DNA of 63,346 bases, the filler included, from Reticulomyxa filosa (taxonomy: Eukaryota; Protista; Foraminifera), in NCBI GenBank assembly GCA_000512085.1. It is 15 parts of 15 records of this genome, joined end to end, with 100 filler letters (N's around TTAATTAATTAA, not from the genome) between each part and the next. Parts side by side here need not be neighbours in the genome. Positions count along the whole stretch, not along the records: positions 24,670 to 51,621 come from ASPP01019567.1; 14 more parts are not named here. The stretch is one strand, 5' to 3'. Position numbers and translations under genes: made by a program. Below the pieces are notes generated by a model. That model saw only the letters and a program-made list of their open reading frames with translations. It was not told the origin of the DNA and did not search any database. Shown piece by piece: positions 26,640-41,711 of the stretch. Position 1 is the stretch's first letter. Each line of letters begins with the position of its first letter.

Positions 26640-29600
26640 ATGTTGGCAAGAGTATTGTGTTGGATTTTGTTTTATTTTTGCAGCTTATACCTGCATGTCT
26701 CTTCTCAAACATGTAAGTTCAAAATTGTCCTCTCACACAACCGTGTACAAGTTTTGTTTGTGAATGTATCCTCCCTTACCTTTGTGTTTGTCTCAACATA
26801 GCATCTTCAACAACAGTTACGTAATTTCTATGAAGAGAAGACCTTTCACAACACAATATGTATTAAAATTGGTTGTGTTATATATAAACGAGTACCTGTA
26901 TGTTTGTGTATGTATAAATATGTATATATATATTTTTTCTTTCTCTCTTTTATTTTTTCATCCGCTTCCGCAGTATCGTTATTGGTACATTCGGTCGAAT
27001 GGTTGTGATGTCGGGAATTGTACTAGTGCAGACAATGATTACTCTAGCCTGTGTTTGACCAGTAGCAATTTGACTGCTGAGGAATGCTCAGTGTGTTGTA
27101 GCACGGGCCCTTGCAAATTGCAAGGTTTTTTTTTTTTGAAAAAAAAAAGCAAAACAAATCTCAAACAATAGCTTTGAGCCAAGTCTAATTTTTTGTTTGT
27201 TTCTATAACATTAAAATAAAAGCTGTCTACGAAACGCAATCGTCAACAACGTGTGCTTCATTGCATTATGTGATTAACTACCTATCGAATCACGCTCACG
27301 TGGCAAGTACTGTCCCCCAAGTTATCGATTTAGGAACGGGAGAGTTTGAATTGAATGTGACAGATGCCATGAGTATTAACTTTCAGTTTTGTGAACATTT
27401 TTTTTGTCGAGGTTGTAACATCAAAGGGAAGAGAAGAGGTTGTTCAAAAAAAAAAAAAAAAAACAAACAACAATCCATCTATATCTCAACGATTTGTAAC
27501 GATTAACTTTGAATCTTGTTTTAAAATTTCGTTTTTATGAAATGGTTATTTTTTTCTTTAAAAAAAAAAAAAATGTGCCTTATTTTTTTTTTTTGGTTGG
27601 AGCTTAGTCTTTTAAATGAAATGGGCATTGATAATATCGTTTTTGATTTTTTTAAAAAAAAATAAAAGAGTTGGTGCATGTACACATAGTCACAAAAGCC
27701 ATTTTAGTTGCATATGTATGGGGGTGGGTTTTTTTTGCAATGCTTTTTTTTTTTTTTAAAGGTTGTACATAATCGGAAAAGGAGAGGGTCTCACGACAAT
27801 CAAATTGATATCGGGCAATGTGTCGACAGTCACGGCTCTGTTCTCTGTTGATTCAAGTAGCGGGCACTTGGAACTGGGACATTTGACGTTGACAGCGTCT
27901 TCGAGCGATGTGTTGCCACTTCTGTCGCTTGGCAAAGTCACAAACGGAGGCACGATGAAACACACTCAATTAACCATCAACGGAATCAATGGATTGATGG
28001 GCCAGCTATGGACAGTTTCTTCCAGTAGCAGTTTATACTTGAACAATGTGACTGTAAGCGATACGGCTGTGAGCCAGAGTGCTATCACTGCCAAGGATGT
28101 TGCCGTCTTAAATATTACCAATTCTAAATTTTCTCAATGGACTGGGCCTGTTCTCAACTGCGACGTAAGGGCATACTTTATTTATTTATTTCTTTGTTGA
28201 TAGATTTTGTTTATTGGATTCACTTTTTTATGTTTTATTTTTGGATGCACACAACAGAAACAAACATCAACCGGCATGCAAATCATTGTTCAAAATTCAT
28301 TATTGGATTTAACGCAATCGAATGTATGTGTGAATCTGAATACAATCAACACAAATGATGTAATCACCTTGACGGATGTGCAATTTCAACAATGCGGGCT
28401 GAAAGTGATAATGAATCCGACTATTGGACAGACCTCAAGCGTAACGACCAATTTGGACATTAGCAATTGCCAATTTACACAGCTCCACAATTTCTCGTCA
28501 GTGACTTTGTATGACGACGACAGTGCGGTTACCTCGGTGAGTCAAGGATCGACGGTGTTGAGACCATCGATTAAAGGAAGCAATAACCAATTCATAAATA
28601 ATAACAACTCAAACACCAATGGGGCAATTGTGCACTTGAGCTTATGGCCATCCAGCCGCTCCGTGTCCATCCAAAATTCTTGGCAACGCTTGGACTGGTC
28701 CACTTGTACCTTTGATAGCAATACTTTTACTGAAGCCGTTTTGTTGGTGGATTACAGCTTGAGGAAAGGACAATCGACCTCTTCTTGGCACGCGTTAGTT
28801 GTTTTTCTCTACTATTTATACCTATTCTTTTTTTTTTTTTCTTGTATACGTATGTGTATGTGTGGACATGTGGACAATATTATCTAATTTTTTTTTATTT
28901 TTTTTTTTGGTGTTACAGATTGGCGGCAGATTCGCTATGGTTTGAAATAACAACTTTTGAAAATAATGTTGGCAAGTTTGGAGTAAAGTCAACCGGAGAA
29001 TGGAACAGCGCACTTGATGGCCCAATTTCCAGTGGTAACATTATCCTTTCTCAAGCGAACCATGATTGGGTCGCCAATAATGACTTTTCTGCTCAATATC
29101 TGGGTCGTATTGAATATGCAAGTGTTGGCATTGAGAATTCGCAACTCGATATGTCGGATTATGCTCTCTTTTTCACTTCTAATCTAGTTTAGTCCTTGTG
29201 AACATATATATGTACATGTACATAACAATATATTTTAATACATATACAATAATTGGAACAGGATTCGATTTTGCTCAGATATGTAACAATAAAGAACCTA
29301 TCCATGAGTGAGATATTCATATCTAATGGCACTGACATATCTCAGGTAAGACAGTTGTTTTTTTTTTTTCATTTGTTTCCTAACTTGTATCCATTTTTTT
29401 AAAAAACATTGTAACAGCTGGTTGTTGAAAACTCTCGATTTCACGATTATGACAATGGGAAAATTGTATTTGAGATGAACGGCCAATTTACGGAAACGTG
29501 GATAAAACGTTTGACTATTCGTAACACAGTATTTGACAAAATGGGTGATGAAGATGCGACTAACTATGAATTGCTTGGAGTTGTGACATTGACCCTTCCA

Positions 29601-32600
29601 AACCCAGATATGACAGCCGTGACTATTGATCAAGTTCAAGTAACAATTGAAAACTGCACTTTCAACAACAGCCATTACACGCTTGTTGCAGTTTCGGATA
29701 ATTGGAATACGACACAACCATAACTCACAGGTAGGATAAATGACTATATATGTGTATATGCATATATTTATATGTATATAATATATAAACGTGTGAGCAT
29801 GCGTTATGGCTTGTAACTTATTTTGATAAGTATACATATCACATACAAACAATAGCATCTCCTTTGTATTAGACAACTGCACATTCGAAGTGAATGCACC
29901 GATAATTTATCATAAGTTTAATAGCTACTCTGCAGTGACATGGAATATATCCAACAGCGTGGTTGAAAAGAGCACTTGGGAAAAGCTTGCGTTGATTGAG
30001 TTTGAAAATACAAATAAATCGTACGGCTTTGACGGTCGGTTGAGCGAAGACCATAACAGCGTCAAAATCATCCACTCGACATTTGAGTCGAACACGGTGG
30101 AAGAAGGTATCATTCGAAGTTCATGTCTTGGCGTGTACGTCATCAACTCCCACTTTAATTCAAACGATGGAAACTACGGAACGGGCTTGTATGTCATGGA
30201 TGCAGACTTGAAGGTGAGCCAAACCACGTTCACCAAAAATATCGGTCAAAAGTTTGGTGCGATAGCAGTTTTGAGCTCGCAATGTGGCAACACAAGCGCA
30301 ATGCCAAGTGTTGACATTGACAATTGTGATTTCACTGGCAATGGAAATGGAGATATATTGTATGGAGGAGGTGTGACAGCTGCGTGTGTCAAACTTGACA
30401 TCACACAGTCTACATTTTCACAAAACTACGTGGCTAGTCGTGGAGGTGCTATTTTGGCTCATCACAGTTGCATTGGAAAAATCGCAGGTATGATTGTCTT
30501 TTTCCAAAATGCTAGTGTCATTGTTTATTTGTGTACATGTGTGTATATGCATATTGCAATGTGGATATACTTATAATTCATTAAAAAAAAAAACAAATGT
30601 AACAATAAAAGGAAACAATTTGGAGAACAATAAAGCTGAAGTTGGTGCAGGTATTGCATTGTCAGCTCTGATCGCAGGTTGCATCAACAATATCACTGCA
30701 AACAGCTTTGACCAAAACTCTGCATTGCTTACCGGTGGTGGGGTACACATTTTGCCGGCGTGGATACAACTGAACGATGAAGACTTGAAATTTGATTCCA
30801 ATTGGTTTAACACCACAGCCAAGACACAATGGCAGATATTGCTGTCGAACAACACTTTTCTTGAAAATGTCGCGGTCGAGTATGGCGCAGGTGTGAGCAT
30901 TTCCCCAGACTGGGCTTCGACAACGGTGGAACAAGATCAACCACAGCCCGAAATGTTTAATATTAACATTGATCGAGCCATTTTCGATCGCAATGAGATT
31001 TACCAAACCTTGGAAGATAATCAACATGGTGGGGCCGGGATAGCGTGGATGCTTACAAATGGATCACAAGTCAGTTGTTGTTTGTGACTAGTTTTTTTCA
31101 AAGAGGAGAGAAAAATTTGTTGTTTTTTTTTTAAAAAAAATAATCATCATTTCAAATTCAGGCATTGGTAAAAGTCTCCAACAGTAGATTCTCATCGAAT
31201 GTGGCCCCAAGTCAAGGTACAGGCATTTGGACAACATGTTACAGTTGCATCACCGATGCGACGATCCCAGAATACACGCGTATGAATCAATTGTATTGGG
31301 ATAACAGCAGTTCGTCTTGTTCCATCTGTCAACAAAGTGCATTTGACACGACAGGAGCCAAATTACAGGTGAGTGGAACGTTATTTACTGGCGGTCACGC
31401 TTCCATTGGAGCAGCTATTAGCGGCAATTGCATCGGAACACTGCAAATTGACAGCAAATCCCAGTTTGCTTCGAATATTGCACAATTATTTGGTGGTGCT
31501 GTGTACATCCGTGGCAGCGATCAACTGATACTCAACGACGTGGAGATGGAAGACAACAAAGTGAACCATCATGGAAAAGGTGGCGCGATTTATGCAGCTT
31601 GTCTTCAAAGTATTAATTGGAACAAAGTACACACAGCCGGATCTGACGCAGAAAGTGGTGGTGCGTTGTTTGTCACCGCGCTCGAACGTGATTTGAGTAT
31701 CAACGGTTCCAATTTCACCCAAAACAATGCTTTATTGGCCGGAGGTGCAATATGCTATTTTGTAACAGGTAAGAAGCTGTCAAGCGAAAGACATTTGCAA
31801 CCAACCAAAAAAAAAAAAAAAAAGAAAATGAAATTTTATTTTTTTTTGTGTTGATACAAATGGATGTCGTGATATGTAATATACAGGAGAGAACCATGAC
31901 AACAGTGTAAAAGTTAGCCATAACTACTTTTTGAACAACACGGGCATATTGGGAGGTGCAGTGTACATTGGCGTGTATGAAGAGATATTCTTTATGTTGA
32001 CTCCGGAGAACTTGAAGAACAGGAATGCAACGCTGGATTACAACTCGAATCCCAAACGACAAGGCACAGAGATTAAAGGGTTTGGACAGACGTCTTCATT
32101 CGAATACTCCAATTTGACACTGGGCGCAAATGTAAATATTTCTCGTGCAATGCTGGCCATCCAAGCCTTGGATGATTTGTCTTGGAAGAAAGTTCACAGC
32201 TGGACCCCCTCCGACGTAGAATTGCTCAACAAACAATCCTCTGTGTTGGGCAATGCAAATAATATCACCAGCTTTCCCATGGTCGTCTTCATACAAAATC
32301 CTGACCCTGACAAAGCGTACATCTCGTTACAAAATGGAATGCAACTGACGTTATATGTGAATGGCAGTCGATGGTTGGATTCAATGCAAAATACCACGCA
32401 CAATGTGACAATTGTATATGACATGATTGGCTTTGTTACGAATGAAGGCAATGCACAGTCAAACAATAGCATGGCAGTGGTAGTGGATATGAGTGATTGT
32501 CTATTTGTAAAAAATACGGCCGATGCTGTTGGTGGTGCTGTATTTTTGGATGATCCTTACAAGGTTATATCTTTATCAAGCCACGATAGAATGATTTACC

Positions 32601-35600
32601 AGCAAAACAGTGCATCGGTGGGTGGCGCCTTTGCCCATTTGGCATATTATTTGCAGCAAAAAACAAAGAGAAGCGATCCATTGAATTTGGACAATGTAGA
32701 AGATTTCATGGCAGACTGTAATTTTACTGACAACGCGGCTGTTACTGGTGGAGGTACGTTTTATTTTTTTGTTTTCCCAAGTCTTATGCCTTATAGAGTA
32801 GTTTATCCAAAACAAATGTTTTGATGTATTTTTTTTTTTTTTTTACAGCCATTGCCATGCAACAGGCGAATCTGACAATTGTGAACAGCCACTTTGACCA
32901 AGATCAAAGTTCTAGTGCTGGAGGAGCTTTTTATGGCGCATCTGGACATATCAAAATCAACCATAATTCTATGAAGGACTGTATGTCTGATGTTGATGGG
33001 GGAGGCGGTTATTTCCAATATGCCATTGTTGACATAACAAGCAGCAAATTTTTGAGGAATAGGGCAGAAAAAGGCAGTGGTGGTGCCGTTTATTGGAGCA
33101 GATGGGTGGACTTGATACTCAAAGGCCAGTACTTGCATACGGATAGCTCCCAGAGCAACTTAGCAGGAAGTATTGATGATTGTAGTTTCCAATTTAATCA
33201 TGCTCTCATCTCGGGAGGAGCTGTGTTTCTTGATACCGATTATCTTTGGGGTATGTATCTTTGCTTTTCCCACGTTTTTTTTTTTTCCCCTTATTGTTAA
33301 GAAGAGACCTATCCTCGAATGAACTGAACTTTTGTTTGTGGTCGATTGAAACAGAAAGTTTATGCCTCTCAGGATGCATGCTAGCGACATCACAGCGCAG
33401 ATTGGGGACCGTTCAATCACGATTAGCATATTACATGTCAAACGACGAAAGTAACAGTATTGATAATTCATATGATTATTCAATTCAACATCGATCAGGA
33501 TTCAGACATTTGTTGGATACGAGCACGATCATAGACGAAACACTTACTACAAGCGCAGAAAATATATTCACCACAGAGGACATATTCACCACAAGTACAG
33601 AGATACCCACCACAAGTACAGAAGAGATATCCACCACAAGTACAGAAGGACATCCACTACAAGTACAGAAGGGACATCCACCACAAAAATGACCACGACC
33701 AGCATAAATGGTTGTTTAAAGCTATTTATTCCAACCTTCAGTCATTTAAGTGATGTGAACTGGACATTGAAAGGAAATACATTAAACATCAACAGCGCAG
33801 ACTATCCGCCCAGTAAATGGAACAACACCGGTTGCATTGACGACAAAAATGAGAGCTGTTTGACATTTTCGATTTATGATTCATTTGGAGATGGCTTAAA
33901 TTATGGGCAAACGTCGTGGAAGATTGATTGGAAGGGCCAAGTGTTCAAGAGTCAATCTAGTGGAACTTATCTTTTTAACGAGACGTTGACCTTTTGCCAG
34001 CCGAGTTTATATATTGGTACCACGCGCACCGTTACATTGGCATTAAGTATCGTTGATTCCAATTCTTTTAATTTCTTGTCCGCTTTTCAATATAAGGTTC
34101 ACAAAATTTCAAACTTTGTGATTGAGGAGAAAGGAGAAGAGAAGGGGAAGAGAGGGAAGGGGGAGAATGAGGAAATGAAAACAATGAATACTTAAATAAT
34201 GACTGTCTGCCTATAAAACTGTTGAAATAGCTAATTCCCGCGTTTGACTATCGCCTGAATTCCACATTAATATTTTCCAATATTAACCCAGGAGTAACCA
34301 ACAATGAGTTGTGTATAAAGAGTGGTCAATATTGCAGCAAAGATGGAACTGCAGCAATTTACGCATCTTTAGCTGTGCAGTGTATTTGGTATTTGGTAGG
34401 TCTTAAGAAGATTGATTTTAATTCGTCCGACTGGGAGACATTTTGGATCTTGAGTGACAGTGAGAAAAGCCAAGTGCAACAAGATGCCATCACTTTTCTG
34501 AAAAATTCTTGCAATGACTATTTACCCTCAGATTTTTGGCAAAACCGTCCTGGTTCAAAAGTACCTGGCTTGCAAGACTCCCTCAACTTTAACTCGAAAT
34601 ACACGAAATACGTATACCCAACGTACGTGTACAATACGACATTTTATTCCATGTCCACGACTCATGCCAAGTATGCCTGGAGAAATTTGTGGGCGGACCC
34701 TGATTTGAGTATATGCCAATTTTATTACAAAGATACCGATTTGCTTGGCAGTCTTTGCGACACTGTGTTCAATCCTCAAACGTACACGCTTCCGAAACCT
34801 GCTCTGTGTCAAAACGAGTTGTGTTATAAGGGTGGTTGCTTCGCAAAAGATAGCAGCATTGTATATTCGAGTCAATTCGGACAATTGCAACATGTCGGGG
34901 TTGTATCGTCACCATACACACAAATCGAAAGCGGGGCAACATTCTACCAAATATCAAATTTGAAGTTCTATGTTTTGGGAGATGACTCTCAAAGCGTTTG
35001 TTACAACCAAAGTTCAGCTAATGCATTAAACACCTCGGCGATTTACAACAAAGGGGTATTCGTCTTTACAACTCATGTATGCAATCAAATGCCCCTATTA
35101 ACGGCTTTGCAAGACAAAGGTGCAAGAGCAGTGATTCTTGCTCAAGACGTATCCCAGCCATATATTGCTACCTCTGCACCTACGACTTCCACTACCCCTG
35201 TCGTGAAGCCTCCCAAAGTTTTGATCCATTTCAATGCATATGCACTGTCCTTATTTGTTTGATGTGATATATTTTGGAGGGAGGAGGAGGCAATATCAAA
35301 TGAAACACAAAAACGAGAGTTTGTTTTCAAATACAGAAACCAGAATATTTGTTGCGAGTGAACTTCACTTTGTATGGAGTGAACATCAGCGAAGCGAACG
35401 CACACGAAGATGATATTGTTAACTCATTTAAGCGTGTGATCCAGACTGGAATAACGATTGGAAAGATAAAGTCGGTAAGTGATGACAGTATAGTCACAGG
35501 TCTGGTCGACTCCACCAACAACACAGCCATTTATCGTTCTTTATCGGATCATATTTATCAGCAAATCTTTGCAGTGGCATTGACATCCGATTTGAAGAAG

Positions 35601-38600
35601 TCTTTGCCCTTCTTGAAGCAGACCCTCGTTAATGGAGTAGCAAACTTTACCAAATACCCGACGTTGTCTCCAACCTTTGCTCCAACAAGCACCCCGACCA
35701 TGTCTCCCACAACAGCCAAATTGTACTTGCCAGTCCGAGTTGTGCGAGGATCACAAGTCAAGACATTTGCTGATACAGTGTATCTCATGTCCAAGTCCGA
35801 GTATTATTTGACCCATCATCCTTCCAGTTTGGTTCTTTTTTTTTTTTTTTTACGAATGGGATGAAGAAGATTTATTTTTGAAAAAAAATTCTGTCGTTTG
35901 TGTCATGCAATTGCAATCAAACAGAACATCCTACTGCTTCTCCTCTGTCCCATGCACCGACTACTGCTTCACCCACAACTCGCACAAATGCAACACATAG
36001 CAACTTGACCACCACGACTCCAACTCATAGTCCGACAATTTCTCCAACGTCTCGGCCAACATGGACGCCAACATTGTCACCCCGAAATGATTTGCTCATT
36101 TCGTTTACCTGCCATACGCTTTCTCCAACACGGGTTCCAACATCATCTCCCACTCCGAAAGTGATTTCACCAACACGTTCCCCAGTTGAAAGCAAGCCAG
36201 TAGCGAGCGAATTGGTATCAATATGGGGATATAACAAAACCAGTAGTTCTGCTTCCTGGGTTGCGTCATTGAGGTTATATCAATACAGTCAGGATGTTGA
36301 TACCTTATATGATTTTTGTCAACGTATGTCCTTGTACTATTAATTGCTTTTTTTTTTTAACAATCTTAAAGGTTCTACAAATAATTGTGATTATCTTTTT
36401 TTTTTTTTTGAAATGTTTGATTCCAGTTACAAATGTGCAGTTTGGAACCGCTCACTCAATCTGGGGAGCAGCTCAAACTATCTTCACAGATACCGACAAC
36501 TTGTGTATATTGTATCAAGACACGACGCTTAAATGGGACACTAAACCCTCAACTTCAGTGACAGAATATCCTAAAATAACATGGTATACGTTTTTAAAGA
36601 GTGATGCCGTCACAAAATGCACAAGCGATGCTGCCAATTTCAACGCAAGCAAATTTTTAGGCACAAAATGGGACTCACAATGGGGAACATATTGTATATT
36701 ATTAGACGATACGGATGCTAATAATATCCGGGTTTCATTTGTACCAATATATCAATGGATAAAACCGGTTATTAATATTAAAGATGTGAACTTTGAAAAT
36801 AATACCGCAGATGATGGTGGAGCATTGGCGGTGGTTGGGGCTTCGATTAACGGAGATTATTCGAGCATTGAACTCGATAGTAGTTACTTTAAAGGCAACA
36901 TTGCGCAAGGCTCGGGTGGTGCCATTTATAAGTTCAGTCGTATGGACGATATGGATACTGGCACAGGAACCCGCTTCAATGCAATGGGCACCTTCAGTTT
37001 GAATAATGTCACAATAACCCAAAATAAAGCCAAAAATGGTGGTGGATTAGCGGTTCTGCAAACCAACGATACCTATTTGTGGAAAAGCGCTGTACGTATG
37101 GAAAAATGGTATGTCTCTCAACGACAAAACTTAACGAGTTTGGTGAGAAGTTTAAAAAAACAAATAAAAAAATAATTTACTTATACAGTACAATTTTCGA
37201 TAATGTCGCTCATGTATTCGGAGGTGGTATTTATTCTTCTGGTCGAATTTATTTTTGGTTAATTCCACAATCGATTTTAATTGGGCAAACAGCAGTGGTG
37301 GAGGAGTATATCTTAATGGATCAAATTTTGAAAACTGGCGTACATATTTCAAAAATAATACTGCCACTAACGGCGCTGGTCTTACCCACGTTTTTAATCC
37401 TCAATACAACCTGCCCGTTTGTACTGGAATATACTATTCAAGATTGGTTGGAAATAAGGCCATCAAGAAAGGTGGGAGCCTGTTCTTGGAACTGTATGGA
37501 TCCACGTATGGGCATGGAGCAACATGTTTTAAAATGTTTGGTAGCGTTGATCTGCATAACAATGCCTCTGCTGGAGCTGATGCGTACATATCTCTGTTAT
37601 ATGGCACTCATGAAATGTTCCGTAGTGATTCATCTCTGTCTATCTTGTGTGATAACGCCTTTACCAAAAATGGGGAAGATTGCAAATTTTTCCGTGGCCG
37701 TTCCGGTTTAGAATACTTATGTGCACAAACGTACGATCTCACGACCTGTGGTCTATGTTGTCAAGTAAACAAAGAGCGCGAAAACGGAACCGTATCCGCA
37801 TTTTTGGATTCCTCATGGACAAGCCGCATGCCAAATACAGAATTTCCGATGAATCCAGGTGCAAGTATGATATTGCAAATGTACGGATGGGACCGTTTTG
37901 GCAATTTGTTACCAAATACTGATTGGGCTATTTCTGTGAAAGGTAATTCATCATTAACGGTTACCACTACTATCAAAGTTACATGCCTTTTTTTTTTTTT
38001 TTTTTTGATTTTGTGTATTCATTGCCAATACACAATTGGAAATGTATTTCTTTCTTTGCTTATATTAAAGGCGGCTGATGGCAATACAACAATATTTCCG
38101 TTATTCGTAGGTACAGCAAAAACAGACACAGTGTTGAATGTAATGGTATCAGATGATGACCAGGTCGCGAACTCTACATTTGTTCCAGTTCGAATTGTCA
38201 ACTGCAGCAATGGATTTTCTCAAGAGACTGTGCCAATCGAACCTAATTTGTTTACATGCACGGAATGTACCACTGGACAGTACACGATGAAACGTAAAGA
38301 ATGTGTCCCTTGTGAGTTGGGTGCCACTTGTTTGGGTCAAAATAACGTGACAATTGACTACCTGTGGTTTGGATTAGAAACACCAGATGGATATTTGGAA
38401 ACTTCAATTTGTCCAATTGGATTTTGTTGCCAAAAAACTGGTGGCTGTAACTATTTAACTGGGCGCTCTTATTCTGGCACGGATTACTCGGGTGTAACAA
38501 TGTGCGCTCCTGGCAGAGATCCTGATGTACCTTTGTGTGGTCGATGTATTAAAGGATTAAGTGAAACCAATAGTCCCACTGGAGGATGTGCATTATGTAA

Positions 38601-41600
38601 CGACAGCTCCGGATTTGCAGTCTCGATGTTGCTACCATTGATCGGAGGATTGTTTGCAATTATGTTTTGGATGAGAAATGGTTTGAAACCAAAGCAAGAC
38701 ATTCCCTTGGCCTCCATTGTATATTTTTCGAAGACATTGGTGTTCGTATATCAATTATTGCCTTATCTGACCTTCCAAAGTCCTTCTTCTTATCTTTCGC
38801 CTTTAGCTTCCATTTTCAATTTCCAAATCCAAGCCGGAGGAGGCAATGTCGGTAATTGTCAGTTGGCGGGTATGACATCAGTCCAAAAATTGTTCCTTGA
38901 TTTGGGTATGTTTGACGTATATGAATATATACATATTTATATATATGATATATATATTTACTTTTTTTTTTTTTTTTTAACTCGTTCAAACGAATAAATA
39001 TATATATATATATACTTTATGTACAGCTCCCACGAGTGGATTCTGTGTCAATTTGTGCATTTTGGGACTTGGTATTCGATTTAAATTTGGCAAAACAGAA
39101 GAGTCCAAGCGTTGGTATGCAGCATTGCAACAGACAGCATGGCAAGTAGGTCTGTTGATGTACACAAAAGTAACGGCAACAGTATTAAAGATTTTGAATT
39201 GTCGCACATTGGGCACAGTGTATGGACAGCGCATGTCTTATGCAGGTGAATACAAGTGTTGGGAACATACCTTCCAATGGATCTCGGTTGGCCTTCTGAT
39301 CTTGGTCGTGGGCGTGCCCATCTACGTGTATTATCAGTTCCGAAAGATTATGCGACGTGAACACTCACCAGAGAGCCCCGGAGGTTGGCGAGGATTACGT
39401 ACTTTGTATCCAGCCTTGGTATTGCCCTATCGAAAATCGGCATGGTGGTATCCCTCGATTGTCATTTCGCGTGCTTTCTTCGTTATCTTGGTGTCAAGCA
39501 CGTCAAGTGGTCCACCCGATGTTGCAGCAACGTATTTGGCTTTGGTCATGGCCGTCGTGTTAGGTATTCACGTGTTTGTTCAACCCTATTACCACGCTTA
39601 TAACAACGCGTTGGAGACATTCGGGTTGTTCTGCGCATTCGTTGTGACTGTCATGAACGTGATGTTGAATCCTCCAACGTTCTTTTCTGTCGCCTCTTCT
39701 TTCATCGCGTTTGGTCCAGCCGTTCCAGCTATTTACATGATAAGCCATTTCATGTATGAAAAAGGACCGGTCGAATTGCAAATTGCTATCATTTATGATC
39801 CAAACGATCCAAAACAAAAATCTCGTAGCATTCCAGGCTTGAGACGTCAAATTGCATTGCCACAATGGATTAAACCTTGGAAAGGAAAAGAGTTGCATGT
39901 GATCAATCGCAAAGAGGCTGCTGCTATTTACAAAGAAGCCATAGATTCCAACAAACCATTGTTTTTTGATTCTGCTACTCAAAACGTCGGAGAGGATGAA
40001 ACCCAGCCTATGCACAAGCGCACCATGAGTCATCATCGAAAAGCAACCATAAGATCCAATTATTTGAGCGAATGGAGAGAATCCGATTCCCGCACGTGGT
40101 TGCGAAGCATCACCAAATCCGAAATCGACGACTCATTTTCGAAATTTGAGAGATTTGTCAAAGAAGAAGCTCAAATTCGCGGAAAGCAGTACAAAACACT
40201 CAAAGAACAAGGTATTGATTTCAGAGAAGTCTTACGAGAAGAAAAGATCCGACAAGCACGTTCTCTTGATGGATTGGCATTACCAAGTTAAAAATTCATT
40301 CATTTGAGAAAGAAATCAAAAACAAAACAAATATGATAATAATTAATAATAATGAGATTTTTAAAACTTTTGAATTCGAGTTTGTTTGTTTGCTTGTTTG
40401 TTGTCTTGACATTGTTCAGCCGATATGGAAATGGAGGACGAAGAGTCATCCAGTGGCTTAAAACTAGGAGACAATAAGTCAAACGAAGCCGAAAAACCGA
40501 CCAATATCGCCACAGTGGAAGATTCAGACAGCGGCAGCGAAGGAGGTATTCAACAAAATTTTGTTGGTCAAGCGCGAGTGGTTGCTGCCCCAGCGGCTGC
40601 GAAAGGTCTCAAGAAACATGTTTCAGTTTTGTGTGCATACATATATATATGTGTGATAGAGATAATAAAAATAAATCCTGATCTTTTTGCTTGTTTTGTT
40701 TTGCGCTTGCTTTGTTTGCTGTTTTAAAAAATAAATCGATGACAAACTAGTCCAAAAAAGTTATCACCGATACTCCAGAAATTGAAATGCAAGATGTCGG
40801 CGATGGAACCCAAATTACCACTTCCCCACTCACAGCAGTGGAGGAAGAGCCACAGCCAGAACAAGAACCGGGATTACCCAGCAATGATCCTAAAGTCCAA
40901 AAAGCGTTGAAACATGTAATGAATAATGTTATCGATATCATGTTTTCTGATTTGACTGAAGAAAGCGGAAAAGAAGATGAAGATGAAGATGGCGATGACG
41001 GAGATGATGATGAAGATGAAGATGAAGATGAAAAACCTGCATATAAACTTGACGGTTTGCTGTGTTTATTTGTATGTCTTTTTAGACGTAATCTTGCTTT
41101 TAATTGCCTTCTTTGAATTTTATGCATTAGATGATATGATGAAGCGATTGAGAGAGCTTGAAGGTGACTCGGACGATGATGCAGACAAAAAAGAAGATAC
41201 AACAAAGAAAACACAGCCCAAGGCCAACAACAGTAACTTGACCACTACAGTAAAGCCAGCTCAGACCTCCAACAATAAAACGCAACCACAGAAACACGCT
41301 GATACGCAACTCACCAAAGTAATCAACGCCCCAACCAGAGACCGCGAACCAACACCCGACAGCAAAGTTCTTTTAGAAGCATTAGCTGACGAGGCAGAAA
41401 TTGAACTTCAAGAACGACATAGCAAGGGCGTATCCGATGAAATATTGAAACCTACAACAATAGTTGTTACTGATACCTCAAAGACTGATTATTTCCAAAA
41501 CGTGCACAGTGAAATTGATGCTATTCAAAAGAAAAGATCCGAACAGGGAGCGACAGGCACATTGCAAGAACATGACAAGTTTGCCACTTTAGAAGATGTG

Positions 41601-41711
41601 TTTAAAGATGATAATCATGCAGTCCAAGAAAGCACAGGATTGGCCGATTTGGCAGATCAATTATTTGATGAGATGGGAGATTTGGATTTAAATACAGAGA
41701 AATCAAATTAA
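26640..41711 (+). CDS. Very large multi-exon cell-surface receptor-like protein: signal peptide, Pmp/pectin-lyase-like beta-helix (GGA[I/V]/FxxN repeats), Thr-rich repeats, DSxGDG module, PA domain, SEA-like segment, PT repeats, second beta-helix, Cys-rich repeats, multi-pass TM domain, acidic cytoplasmic tail
   Basis: Signal peptide MLARVLCWILFYFCSLYLHVSSQT; many N.A..GGA(I/V) motifs; CLTFSIYDSFGDG; PA-like NKGVFVFTTHVC...LQDKGARAVILAQD; PTLSPTFAPTSTPT; CTECTTGQY...CPIGFCC...CAPGRDPDVPLCGRCIKG; about 7 hydrophobic helices with PYRKSAWWY and QPYY...NALE motifs. Collinear exons are joined by roughly 25-30 GT-AG introns, e.g. CCA A|gt 40287…cag|CC GAT. Confidence 0.8.
33545..33700 (+). repeat. 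Imperfect 18-24 bp tandem repeat (ccaccacaagtacagaagagatat-like) encoding TTSTE(E/D)I units
   Basis: About 6 visible copies; the last units shift frame. Confidence 0.85.
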
